From NCBI GenBank assembly GCA_028726925.1, contig JAQYPI010000120.1:1-42089 (forward strand): a stretch of DNA of 42,089 nt. The letters are read 5' to 3'. The stretch's first letter is position 1. Each line of letters starts with the position of its first letter. A program made the translations under genes and the position numbers. Positions 15,312-24,158 of this stretch are shown in pieces. The DNA comes from Bacillales bacterium. GTDB taxonomy: Bacteria > Bacillota_I > Bacilli_A > RFN20 > CAG-826. The notes beneath the pieces are model-generated. The model saw only the letters and a program-made list of their open reading frames with translations. It was not told the DNA's origin and made no database searches.

Positions 15312-18092
15312 TCATTCCGTGCGCAAGGCGTTGACGGGGTCTTGCTTGGCGGCCGCCCGGCTCGGGATGAGGCCGGCGATGACCGTGAGGAGGATCGAGA
15401 TGGCGAACACGACGAGGGCGGTCCACCACTGAAGATTCGCGATCATGCCGAGGTCGAAGGCGCGACCGACCGTGAGGTTCAGGATGATTTCGAAGAGGTA
15501 CGTCAAGGTCAATCCGAAGAGCCCGCTTGCGGCACCGATCATGAGGGTTTCGGCGTTGAATAGGTGGGAGACGTCGCTCTTTCTGCCGCCGAGGCTGCGG
15601 ATGACGCCGATTTCCTTCACGCGTTCCATGACGGAGACGTAGGTGATGATCCCGATCATAACGGTCGAGACGACGAGGCTCAAGGCCGTGAAAGCGACGA
15701 GGGCGATCGTGACGATGTCGATGATGCCGTTGATGATGTTGATGATGACCTCGAGATTATCCGTGTAATTCGTGTCCGTCTGGTTCTCTAGGGCGATGAC
15801 TTCTCCGTTCGATAACTCGATGTCCCCTTTTCCCCACCGGTCGAGATAATCCGTGACAAGGTATTTGGTGTTGAAGTTCTTCGGGTAGATCTTGATCTTG
15901 GAAGGCATTGTTTCCCCGCCGACGTCGCGCAAGGTAAGGGTCGCGGTCTTGAGAATCGATAACCCGGTCCCAGAGGAAGAGCCACTCGAGGAAGAACCGC
16001 CCATCGAGGCGAGGAGCTCCGTCAAGCCGTTTTGCGACCCGATGAGGCCATAGCCGTGGTAGGGTTTCCCCTCGAACTGGAAGCCGAAATCGTAACCGAT
16101 TCCGTTGATCAACGTGATATCGCCAAGCGAAGTCTTCTGGGAAATGACCATCGAGGAATAACCAGTGATTTGCTTGTTCGCATTGTTCTCCACGAAATCC
16201 GAGATGAAGTTCGCGATGCTGCTTTCGAGGTTATCCCTCAGGAAGCGTTTTGCGAAGGCGGGGGTGTAATAAAGCCCCGCGTCCATGCATCCGTAACTCG
16301 TCCCTTCCTTGGGGGCGAGGATACCGGTGACCTTCATTTTCATGCCGCCTGTCCAGGAGGGGTCAGCAAGATAACCGTAAAGGTAAGGTTGATAGCAGCT
16401 CGTGTCCTGCGTGTAATCCTTTCCATATCCCGGGTTTTCCGTGAAGATCGTATCGTTCGGATAATAGTAATATTCCTTGTTCAGCAGATCCTCGATGGAG
16501 ATGGCTTGCTGCCTTTCCCAAAGCTCAGGATCGAAAAGCTCTTCGTTCCCGCTGAAATGGTAAGCAGCATTCGTGAATTCTTCTTGGGAATAAAAACCAA
16601 GAAGGGTCAAAATGAATTCGGAAATCTGATTTTTGTGGTTCAAGACCAGGACGACTTCGTCCTCGGCTTCCGGGTATTTCCCGGCGACGACGTCGTATTG
16701 CCCCAGGACATAATCTTTCGCCTCGAGGCATTGGCCGATGCAATCCGTGTATTGGTCGACCATCCCCGCGTAGATGGCGAATTTGCCGTCTTGCAGGACC
16801 TCGAGGATGTTCGAGCACATCGTCGTGATGCAGGAAATCGAATAGAGGTCATCCTTTTCGTGGCCGTGCATTTCCATCTCGCAAGTCGTGTAGAGGTTGT
16901 TCTTGAGGTTCATGCCGTATTCTTTCGCGATCGCCGCGTAATACTCTTCCGGCATGTCGTCGATGAATTTCACGTATTCCGGGGTGATCACGTTCTTGAC
17001 GGTCGCGGCGTCGAGGGTGTCATCCGTCTTGATCAAGGCTTCCATCATGAACTGGACGTCGATCTTGCCGTCTTTGTAGGAACTCGCCATCGCTTGCCCC
17101 ATGGACATGTTCGAGGTGACGGACATGAGGGAAGCGAGGTCAAGGCCCTGCTCCGATACGGTAACCGGGTTGCCGGAAAGCATATCGTCCTGGATGCCTG
17201 CGATGTAGCCGCGGACACCCTGGGAGACCGCGAGGACCGCGGAAACGCCGACGATGCCGATCGAGCTCGCGACGACCGTGAGGGCCGTGCGACGGATTTT
17301 AGACCATAGGTTCTTGGCGCTCAGCTTGAAAGCGGTCCACCAACTCATCTTCGCCTTTTCCTCGGCGCCTAAAACCTCTTTCGTGTCCTTGCGTTCCGCT
17401 TCCTCTTCTTCCAAAGAATAGGGATGGGAATCGCTTTTGACTTCGCCATCGAGCAATTCGATGATACGGGTCGAGTATTTTTTGGCGAGATCCGGGTTGT
17501 GGGTGACCATGATGACGAGCTTCTCTTTTGAGATTTTCTTGATGAGATCCATGATCTGGACCGAGGTTTCCGAATCGAGGGCGCCGGTCGGCTCATCGGC
17601 CAAAAGGATGTCGGGCTCGTTGACGAGGGCGCGGGCGATCGCGACCCTCTGACACTGGCCGCCCGAAAGCTGGTTCGGGTGCTTCGCGTACATCCCTTTC
17701 AGGCCGACGTCATCCAAGGCTTTTTTCGCCTTGGCGATTCTTTCTTCCTTGCCCATGCCCCCGATCGCGAGGGCGAGCTCGACGTTCTCGAGGATCGTTT
17801 CGTGCGGGATGAGATTGTAGGATTGGAAAATGAAACCGATCTTGTGGTTGCGATAAACATCCCAATCGTGGTCCGTGTATTCCTTCGTGGAGACGCCGCT
17901 AATGACAAGGTCGCCATCCGTGTAATGGTCGAGTCCCCCGATGATGTTGAGGGTCGTGGTCTTGCCGCACCCGGAAGGACCGAGGATCGAGACGAACTCG
18001 TTTTTGCGAAAATTGAGGGAAATCCCCTTCAAGGCATGGACGGGGTTGTCCTTGACGGGATAGACCTTGGTGATGTGATCTAGTCTAAGCAT
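15312..18092 (-). CDS. Fused ABC transporter ATP-binding protein / FtsX-MacB-type permease with a very large extracytoplasmic domain
   Basis: Walker A GPSGCGKTT, signature LSGGQCQRVAIARAL and Walker B ILLADEPTGALD. These are followed by TM1, about 500 aa of non-membrane sequence, and a C-terminal FtsX module ending ...AAKQDPVNALRTE. Confidence 0.9.
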   Translation of the reverse strand: MLRLDHITKVYPVKDNPVHALKGISLNFRKNEFVSILGPSGCGKTTTLNIIGGLDHYTDGDLVISGVSTKEYTDHDWDVYRNHKIGFIFQSYNLIPHETILENVELALAIGGMGKEERIAKAKKALDDVGLKGMYAKHPNQLSGGQCQRVAIARALVNEPDILLADEPTGALDSETSVQIMDLIKKISKEKLVIMVTHNPDLAKKYSTRIIELLDGEVKSDSHPYSLEEEEAERKDTKEVLGAEEKAKMSWWTAFKLSAKNLWSKIRRTALTVVASSIGIVGVSAVLAVSQGVRGYIAGIQDDMLSGNPVTVSEQGLDLASLMSVTSNMSMGQAMASSYKDGKIDVQFMMEALIKTDDTLDAATVKNVITPEYVKFIDDMPEEYYAAIAKEYGMNLKNNLYTTCEMEMHGHEKDDLYSISCITTMCSNILEVLQDGKFAIYAGMVDQYTDCIGQCLEAKDYVLGQYDVVAGKYPEAEDEVVLVLNHKNQISEFILTLLGFYSQEEFTNAAYHFSGNEELFDPELWERQQAISIEDLLNKEYYYYPNDTIFTENPGYGKDYTQDTSCYQPYLYGYLADPSWTGGMKMKVTGILAPKEGTSYGCMDAGLYYTPAFAKRFLRDNLESSIANFISDFVENNANKQITGYSSMVISQKTSLGDITLINGIGYDFGFQFEGKPYHGYGLIGSQNGLTELLASMGGSSSSGSSSGTGLSILKTATLTLRDVGGETMPSKIKIYPKNFNTKYLVTDYLDRWGKGDIELSNGEVIALENQTDTNYTDNLEVIINIINGIIDIVTIALVAFTALSLVVSTVMIGIITYVSVMERVKEIGVIRSLGGRKSDVSHLFNAETLMIGAASGLFGLTLTYLFEIILNLTVGRAFDLGMIANLQWWTALVVFAISILLTVIAGLIPSRAAAKQDPVNALRTE

Positions 18093-18535
18093 GGGAGTTC
18101 CTCCTGTTCTTTCGTGAATTCAAGGGCGATCTTCAGGCATTCCATCGCGACTTTCGTGCGTTTCGAGCCCAACCGGGTCAGCAACGCATCGACGAAAGAC
18201 AGCATGTCGACTTGCCTTTCCTTCGCCCGCTTCGCGCCTTCTTCGGTGAGACGGACGTAGGTATGAAGGCGGTCGCCCTCGAGTTGGAAGCGTTCCGCGA
18301 ACCCTTCCTCTTCCCAGCGATCGAGGATCGCGGTGACGCGGCTCGGCGAGCAATTGGCCTGGGTCGCGAGTTCCGTCGCGGTGAGGCCGTCCTTGCAGTG
18401 ATACAGCCGATTTTCGATCACCCGCGGGGCGCTGAAGGCGGTTTGAACCCTCTCAATCACTCTCATGTCAGAGTTTTCTTGAAACATCGTCAAGATGGTT
18501 TGCGCAGCTTCGGCGGAATTCCATTTGCATTTCAT
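18080..18535 (-). CDS. MarR-family transcriptional regulator
   Basis: wHTH region GLTATELATQANCSPSRVTAILDRWEEEGFAERFQLEGDRLHTYVRLTEEG. The gene overlaps the ABC gene start by 13 nt. Confidence 0.8.
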   Translation of the reverse strand: MKCKWNSAEAAQTILTMFQENSDMRVIERVQTAFSAPRVIENRLYHCKDGLTATELATQANCSPSRVTAILDRWEEEGFAERFQLEGDRLHTYVRLTEEGAKRAKERQVDMLSFVDALLTRLGSKRTKVAMECLKIALEFTKEQEELPCLD

Positions 18536-18689
18536 AACATTTCACCCCGTTAACTTTTCATAATATAAAATATACCAAACAGGGCGGAATACAAGTGGAA
18601 AGCGTTATCAAAGCAAAAGAAATAAAATAGGATAAGTCTTGTCAAGCAGCCTTTTCTCTTTTTGGGCGTTCTCTTTTGAGGGCATGCCG

Positions 18690-20250
18690 AAAACGGGGCA
18701 CAAAACCCCTTTTTTAAATCTCTGTGGTTTGCTAGACTATTTCTCGAATAAGGACCCGCTGCGAAGCATTCCCCAGATCGTGACTAGGAGCTTCCTGCAG
18801 GCCGCAGTCGCAGCCGCCTTGTGGCAGAGGCCGCTGCTTTTCTTTTCGGAGTAGAACCTCGTGATAGCGTTGTCCGCTTTGTGAATGATCATGTTCTCGA
18901 CGGCGAGGTAGAGGCATTTCCTGAGGAACGCGTTGCCCTTCCGCGTTATGGAATAGTGCAGGCCGTCGTTTTTGCCCGATTGGAGGATCGTCGGATCGAG
19001 CCCGGCGTACGCGACGATTCCGTTGCGGCTGTTGAATCTGGACGGGTTCCCGATCTCGGCGCAGAGCAGCGCCGCCAGCGCGTCGCCTATCCCGTCGATC
19101 GAGGCGATCAGGGCGAAATGGGGCAGCTCTTTGGCGAGGCCGAGCAATCGGCCGGTTATCTCGTCCAAGGCCCCCATGTCCCCGATCACGTCGTCGAGGG
19201 CGGAGATCAGCGAATCGACCTCGCCGCCATCGGCCGGGCAGCCGCTCATGGCGCCCTTGGCGTAAGCGGACAGCTTCGACGCTATCTCCGCCTTGGATAT
19301 CGCGCCCGTCCTGACCTTGTCCTTCTCCAGCCCGCTCACGACCGATCCCTCCCTTGCCTTCGCGAGCGCTTCCGGATGCCTGTACCTGCCCACGGCCCAC
19401 ATCGCGTAGCCGCTGAAGGGATCGCAGGACTCGTCGAGCAAAGGCCAGACGGCATCGAGGTTTTTCCGGTATTGGTTCTTCGACGCGACGAGCCTGCCGA
19501 CGATCGCTGTCCTCCTCCTGGAGAGCGAATGGAGCCGTGAATACAGGGACGATGCGGCGGCGAGCTTCCTCACGTCCCTCGTGTACGCGACCTCGGCGAT
19601 CACGCCGCAGTCGAGCGCGTCCGTCTTCGTCGGCCTGAGCCTGCTCTTCCTCACCTTCGCCGATTCCAGGGGCGATATGAGGTAGACCTCCATCCCCCTC
19701 GACTCCGCCCATCTCGCGACGGGCTTGGAATAGACGCCGGTGGACTCCATGACCACCTTCGGCTTCCTTCCCGTCTTCCGTTCAAGCGTTTCGGAGATCT
19801 CCTCCGCGGCCGCCATGCCGCTTTTGCTGTGCGCCGCTTTTATCGGCTTGGACGACGGCTTGCCGAACGAACAGTAGCCTTGGCAATGGCTGCTTCCCTT
19901 CGACACGTCGAACGCCAGTATGGGCGCTTCCTTGTCTATCATGTCAATAGACCTTCCTTCCTGGCATTTGGATCGTTCCCGTGATCCGCGTTCGTCCGTT
20001 GGCGTCGCTTTTTCCTGAGATATACGCGCGATGGCGAAGATGCCTCGCATTAGGGTTAAACGCGCTCCTCCAAAGGCGCGGACCGCGCATTTTTATTTAC
20101 GAGCTGGTGGCTCAAAAACCGCTCGCGCTGATCCGCCATTCCCCCTATATGCCTATAAAGGGAAAGCCGAGGCCATGGCCTCTCTCCGGGAATCCAAAAA
20201 GGGATAATACCCTTGATATGAATTCTTTCTAGAGGGGGATCACGTCCTCG
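18690..20250 (-). mobile_element. IS110-family insertion sequence (ends approximate)
   Basis: A single transposase gene sits between about 290-380 nt of upstream and up to about 100 nt of downstream non-coding sequence, separating the marR promoter region from the kduI 3' end. IS110 elements lack obvious terminal inverted repeats, so the ends cannot be fixed from one copy. Confidence 0.5.
18737..19942 (-). CDS. IS110-family (DEDD) transposase
   Basis: The N-terminal DEDD domain shows AFDVSKGSSH, MESTGVYSKP and KTDALD. The C-terminal domain shows GIGDALAALLCAEIGNPSRFNSRNGIVAYAGLDPTILQSGK...RKGNAFLRKCLY. The start was set to the ATG at 19942, which has GGAAGGAAGG upstream. Confidence 0.9.
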   Translation of the reverse strand: MIDKEAPILAFDVSKGSSHCQGYCSFGKPSSKPIKAAHSKSGMAAAEEISETLERKTGRKPKVVMESTGVYSKPVARWAESRGMEVYLISPLESAKVRKSRLRPTKTDALDCGVIAEVAYTRDVRKLAAASSLYSRLHSLSRRRTAIVGRLVASKNQYRKNLDAVWPLLDESCDPFSGYAMWAVGRYRHPEALAKAREGSVVSGLEKDKVRTGAISKAEIASKLSAYAKGAMSGCPADGGEVDSLISALDDVIGDMGALDEITGRLLGLAKELPHFALIASIDGIGDALAALLCAEIGNPSRFNSRNGIVAYAGLDPTILQSGKNDGLHYSITRKGNAFLRKCLYLAVENMIIHKADNAITRFYSEKKSSGLCHKAAATAACRKLLVTIWGMLRSGSLFEK

Positions 20251-20328
20251 GCTCTAATTGTAGGAAAACCCCTTCTCGGAGGCTTCCCGCGGAGGAATAG
20301 GCGGGCCGGAAAGGGGCGAGGTAAAAGG

Positions 20329-21165
20329 TTATTTCAGATCGTCGCAAGACAGGACGTCCATGTCGTCGTAATCTTGGTTTTCCCCGCACATGGCCCAGAT
20401 GAACGTGTAATTCTTGGTGCCGCAGCCGGAATGGATCGACCAGCTCGGGGAGATGACAGCTTCGTTGTTGTGGAGGACAACGTGGCGCGTCTCGTCCGCC
20501 GGACCCATGAAATGGAAGACGCATTGGTTCTTCTCGATGTCGAAATAGAAATAGACTTCCATGCGGCGCGCGTGGGTATGGCAAGGCATCGTGTTCCAGA
20601 CGCTTCCTTCCTCGAGATGAGTGAGGCCCATCGCGAGCTGGCACGTTTGCAGGACGTCCGCGTGGATGTATTGATTGATCGTGCGCTCATTGCTGAGGCG
20701 CGCTTCCCCGGCGTGGCGATGGATGGCTTTCTCGTAAGGGATGAACGTCGTCGGATAGGCTTTGTGGGCGGGGCAGCTCGCCATGTAGAACATCGCGGGG
20801 TGCTCCCCGTCTTTGGACGAGAAGCGCACTTCTTTCGCCCCGCGGCCGACGTAGATGGCTTCCCAGTGCTTGAGGGCGTAGGAAACGCCGTCAACCTCGA
20901 CGGTCCCTTCTTCGCCGATGTTGATGACGCCGAGCTCGCGACGGTCGAGGAAATGCTCCGCGCGGAGTTCGGGGGCGCTGCCGAGGACGACCGTCTCCTT
21001 GACGGGGATGACCCCGCCGAAAACGATGCGGTCGATGTAGGAATAGGTGAGGTGGATATCATCGATGCCGAAGACATCCTCGACGACATATTCCTCCCGC
21101 AAGCGGGCGGTGTCGTAATGGGCGTAATCCTTTCGGCCGGAATAATCGCGGGTCGTGAGTTTCAT
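20329..21165 (-). CDS. kduI: 5-dehydro-4-deoxy-D-glucuronate isomerase
   Basis: 278 aa with cupin-type KduI sequence throughout (MKLTTRDY...YSYIDRIVFGG...MGLTHLEEGSVWNTMPCHTHARRMEVYFYF...). SD is AGGAGG. Confidence 0.92.
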   Translation of the reverse strand: MKLTTRDYSGRKDYAHYDTARLREEYVVEDVFGIDDIHLTYSYIDRIVFGGVIPVKETVVLGSAPELRAEHFLDRRELGVINIGEEGTVEVDGVSYALKHWEAIYVGRGAKEVRFSSKDGEHPAMFYMASCPAHKAYPTTFIPYEKAIHRHAGEARLSNERTINQYIHADVLQTCQLAMGLTHLEEGSVWNTMPCHTHARRMEVYFYFDIEKNQCVFHFMGPADETRHVVLHNNEAVISPSWSIHSGCGTKNYTFIWAMCGENQDYDDMDVLSCDDLK

Positions 21166-21180
21166 AAGGGTCCTCCTGAT

Positions 21181-21858
21181 TTAAGAAATGAAATAGTCGG
21201 GATGTTTTTCCATGACCTTCTTGAGGCCGTTGAGGCCGGAGAAGTGATGGAGGCGCGACGCTTCGGCCAGGCGCTTCTTGTCCTTGGCTTCGAAGGCATC
21301 GAGCAATTCGCCATGCAGGCGGTAAAGATTCGAGACATCGGCCTTGTCGCGAAGGTTCGTCATGTAACGATATCTTTGATAATAAGGGAACGCGTTCTCG
21401 AGCAGATCGAGCATGCTTTCCTTGCTCGCGACGCGATAAATCGCGTGGTGGAAGGCGTTGTCGACATCGTAGAAGGCGGCCGCGAATTCCTCGGCGCTCA
21501 AGTCTTTGGCTTCGAGGGATTTGAGCTGGTTCGCGAGCAAATCGCGGAATTCCTGGATCTGCTCGGACGTGACGGAATCCATGATCTCGATCATGACCCT
21601 CGTTTCCACCGCGGCGCGGAGGTACATGATGTCGGTCAGGCCGTTGAGGTCGAGTTTCGTGACGAAGGTCCCGGATTTCGGGACGACCGTGAGGAGTTTG
21701 TCCTCCTCGAGTTTCTTCAAGACATCGCGCACCGGCGTTCGGGACACCCCAAAGCGCTCCGAGACCGATTCCTCGCGGATGCGAGTACCGGGTTTCAATT
21801 GGATGGTGACGATTTCGCGCTTGAGCGTTTCGTAGATGGGTGCGATGTCTTTGGTCAT
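21181..21858 (-). CDS. GntR-family (FadR/FCD-type) transcriptional regulator
   Basis: N-terminal wHTH LKPGTRIREESVSERFGVSRTPVRDVLKKLEEDKLL plus an all-helical C-terminal domain. The start was trimmed to the ATG at 21858, which has GGGAGG upstream. Confidence 0.85.
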   Translation of the reverse strand: MTKDIAPIYETLKREIVTIQLKPGTRIREESVSERFGVSRTPVRDVLKKLEEDKLLTVVPKSGTFVTKLDLNGLTDIMYLRAAVETRVMIEIMDSVTSEQIQEFRDLLANQLKSLEAKDLSAEEFAAAFYDVDNAFHHAIYRVASKESMLDLLENAFPYYQRYRYMTNLRDKADVSNLYRLHGELLDAFEAKDKKRLAEASRLHHFSGLNGLKKVMEKHPDYFIS

Positions 21859-21877
21859 GCGTGCCTCCCTCGGAGGA

Positions 21878-22894
21878 TTATCGTTGGACGCGGCCGTTCG
21901 TGTTTCCGGCCATGAGCGATTCGACCTCCTTGATGCCGACATGATTATAATCGCCCGGAATCGTGTGTTTCAAAGCACTATGCGCGACGGCGCAGTTGAT
22001 GGCTTTTTCGGGATCGTCGTAGTGGGTGAGGCCATAGATGAGCCCCGCGGCGAAGGAATCGCCCCCGCCGACGCGGTCGACGATGCGGAGGTCGTAATGG
22101 GCGGATTTGTAGAATTTCCCTTCGGTGTAGAGCACGCCGCTCCAGCCGTTGTCGTTCGCGCTGTAGGATTCACGCAAGGAAGCCGCGGCCCCCTTGAGAT
22201 GGAACTTCTCGCACATGGCCTTGAGCATGGGTCCATAGCCATCCGCGTCGATCTTGCCTTTCTCGATATCGGATCCGGAGACGAAGCCAAGGCACGCTTC
22301 CGCGTCTTCCTCGTTCCCAATGACGTAATCGACGTATTCCATGTAGGGAATCATGACGGATTGCGCTTCTTGCTTGGTCCAGAGTTTCGCGCGGTAATTG
22401 AGGTCGAAGGACACGGTGATGCCCATTTCCTTCGCGGCCTTGAGGGCTTTCAAGGTGATCGCTTGGCAGTTCTTGCCGAGGGCCGGGGTGATGCCGGTGA
22501 TGTGAAGCCAAGAAACGCCTTTGAGCAGTTTCTTGAAAGCGAATTCAGAAGGCTTGGCCTCCGCGATGGAGCTGTGGGCGCGGTCATAGATGACCTTCGA
22601 GGGACGAACCGAATCGCCGGTCTCGAGGTAATAGATGCCGAGGCGTTCCCCGCCGCGGAGGATGCCGGAGGTGTCGACGCCGTATTCCCTGAGGGAATTG
22701 CGCGCGGCATCCCCGATGTCGTTCGCGGGGAATTTCGAGAGGAAGATCGCCTCTTCCCCGAGGTTGCAAAGGGAAACGGCGACGTTAGCCTCCCCTCCGC
22801 CGTAATTGATGTCGAAACTCTTGGCTTGGACGAAGCGTTCATAGCCAGGGGTGGAAAGGCGAAGCATCAGTTCGCCAAGGGTCGCGTATTTCAT
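21878..22894 (-). CDS. kdgK: 2-dehydro-3-deoxygluconokinase (PfkB family)
   Basis: GGGEANVAVSL near the N-terminus and DRVGGGDSFAAGLIYG near the C-terminus. The ATG at 22894 is preceded by GGAGGAG; the track start at 22909 is a TTG inside the SD. Confidence 0.9.
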   Translation of the reverse strand: MKYATLGELMLRLSTPGYERFVQAKSFDINYGGGEANVAVSLCNLGEEAIFLSKFPANDIGDAARNSLREYGVDTSGILRGGERLGIYYLETGDSVRPSKVIYDRAHSSIAEAKPSEFAFKKLLKGVSWLHITGITPALGKNCQAITLKALKAAKEMGITVSFDLNYRAKLWTKQEAQSVMIPYMEYVDYVIGNEEDAEACLGFVSGSDIEKGKIDADGYGPMLKAMCEKFHLKGAAASLRESYSANDNGWSGVLYTEGKFYKSAHYDLRIVDRVGGGDSFAAGLIYGLTHYDDPEKAINCAVAHSALKHTIPGDYNHVGIKEVESLMAGNTNGRVQR

Positions 22895-22915
22895 GGGTTT
22901 CTCCTCCAAAAGGGT

Positions 22916-23566
22916 TTATTTCTTCATCTCGTCGCGGGCTTCTTTGACAAGCTCGACGAACCGTTTCGCGCGAGCGGTCACTTCCGCGTAGTCGCCAGTC
23001 TTCGCGGGGGCGGTCAATTGGCCGCCGGTGCCGATTGCGATGGCGCCGGCCTTGATCCATTCCTTGGCGTTCTCGAGGGACACCCCGCCCGTCGGCATGA
23101 GGTTCGCTTGGGGCAAGGGGCCATGAACCGCCTTGAAGTATTCGGGGGAAGCGCTGCTGCCAGGGAAAACCTTGACGATGTCGACGCCCGCCTTCATCGC
23201 CGCGATGATCTCGTTGATCGTGAAACAGCCGGCCATGTACGGGATTTGGTAGACGTTGCAGAGTTCCGCGGTTTCCTTATCGAAAGCCGGAGAAACAATG
23301 AATTTGGCCCCGGCGAGGATCGCGATGCGCGCGGTAGCCGCGTCAAGGACGGTGCCGGCCCCGACCACGTATTTCGCCTTCTTGTCTTCCGCGAGGGAAC
23401 GGATGACGTTCTCCGCGCCCGGGACGGTGAAGGTGACCTCGAGCCCGACGATGCCGCCTTCCGCGACCGCGTCACAGAGCTTCTTGGCTTCGTCGAGGGA
23501 ATTGGCGCGGATGACGGCGACGACGCCGCACCCGACGAGAGACTGGATGATTTCGAACTTTTTCAT
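22916..23566 (-). CDS. eda: 2-dehydro-3-deoxyphosphogluconate / 4-hydroxy-2-oxoglutarate aldolase
   Basis: GVVAVIRA, LEVTFTVPGA, GAGTVLD, KVFPGS and MPTGGV are typical KDPG aldolase blocks. Length is 216 aa. Confidence 0.9.
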   Translation of the reverse strand: MKKFEIIQSLVGCGVVAVIRANSLDEAKKLCDAVAEGGIVGLEVTFTVPGAENVIRSLAEDKKAKYVVGAGTVLDAATARIAILAGAKFIVSPAFDKETAELCNVYQIPYMAGCFTINEIIAAMKAGVDIVKVFPGSSASPEYFKAVHGPLPQANLMPTGGVSLENAKEWIKAGAIAIGTGGQLTAPAKTGDYAEVTARAKRFVELVKEARDEMKK

Positions 23567-23578
23567 GGATGATTTCTC

Positions 23579-23590
23579 CTTGTATACAAG
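23579..23590. promoter_or_regulatory. Perfect 12-bp palindrome CTTGTATACAAG, candidate GntR-type operator (copy 1)
   Basis: It lies in the 25-nt gap between the HTH gene stop and eda, abutting the eda SD. The identical 12-mer recurs at 34318-34329. It fits the GntR-family GT-N-AC operator pattern. Confidence 0.5.
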
Positions 23591-23591
23591 T

Positions 23592-24158
23592 TTATCCCCT
23601 TTGGAGGGTCTTCTTCCACTCGTTTCCGAGCAGATAGACGAAGAGTTGATTCGAGAAGAGGGACAAATCGATCCCCGTCTTCCCGACGAACCGCTTCACG
23701 CGGTTGCAAACGGTGTTCTTGTGGGCGTAGATCCCTAGGCCCGCGGCCGAGGGACTTTGTCCGCATTTGATGTAGGCATACGCCGCTTCGATCTCCTCGG
23801 GCGAGAGGGGATCAAGCAACGCCATCGCGCCATCGAGCAGTTCAAGATGGGTGAGGCATAGGTGCGCGTAGCTGTCGAACTCTTTGGGTCCCAGGAGTTC
23901 GAGTCCCTCGAAAAAGCAAGGGGAAGGAGAGGGGATGATGAGGGCTTTTGCGATCCCGGGGTTATCGACGCACAAGGCATCGAAGCTCGCCTCGAAGACG
24001 GGCAAGGAATTCTGGGCATCCTCGAGGGTGACGAGGACGCGTCCGTTACCCTTGGGCTCGCTTTGCACCTTGTCGCGAAGCAGGCGCCCCATGAGGGTCA
24101 GGAAGAGGCGCAAGTTCTCTTCCCCTTCGTATTCGAGATAGACGTATCCCCGGCTCAT
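23592..24158 (-). CDS. Short PucR/CdaR-like C-terminal HTH domain protein
   Basis: The C-terminal GIYAHKNTVCNRVKRFVGKTGIDLSLFSNQLFVYL resembles the PucR_C HTH. The start ATG overlaps the GH28 stop as ATGA at 24155-24158. Confidence 0.65.
   Translation of the reverse strand: MSRGYVYLEYEGEENLRLFLTLMGRLLRDKVQSEPKGNGRVLVTLEDAQNSLPVFEASFDALCVDNPGIAKALIIPSPSPCFFEGLELLGPKEFDSYAHLCLTHLELLDGAMALLDPLSPEEIEAAYAYIKCGQSPSAAGLGIYAHKNTVCNRVKRFVGKTGIDLSLFSNQLFVYLLGNEWKKTLQRG

Noticed and set aside
18694-18716. Hairpin GGGG-CACAAAA-CCCC flanked by A/T runs, considered as a bidirectional terminator or IS end.
   Set aside because: The stem is only 4-5 bp, too weak to call. It may simply be part of the IS right end or of the marR upstream region.
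18732-19712. An arginine-rich 326-aa ORF, and ORF 18821-19540, overlapping the IS110 transposase gene.
   Set aside because: These are alternative-frame or antisense products of a GC-rich gene. They are low-complexity R/G/P-rich sequences with no start context. The transposase frame carries the conserved DEDD and C-terminal motifs.
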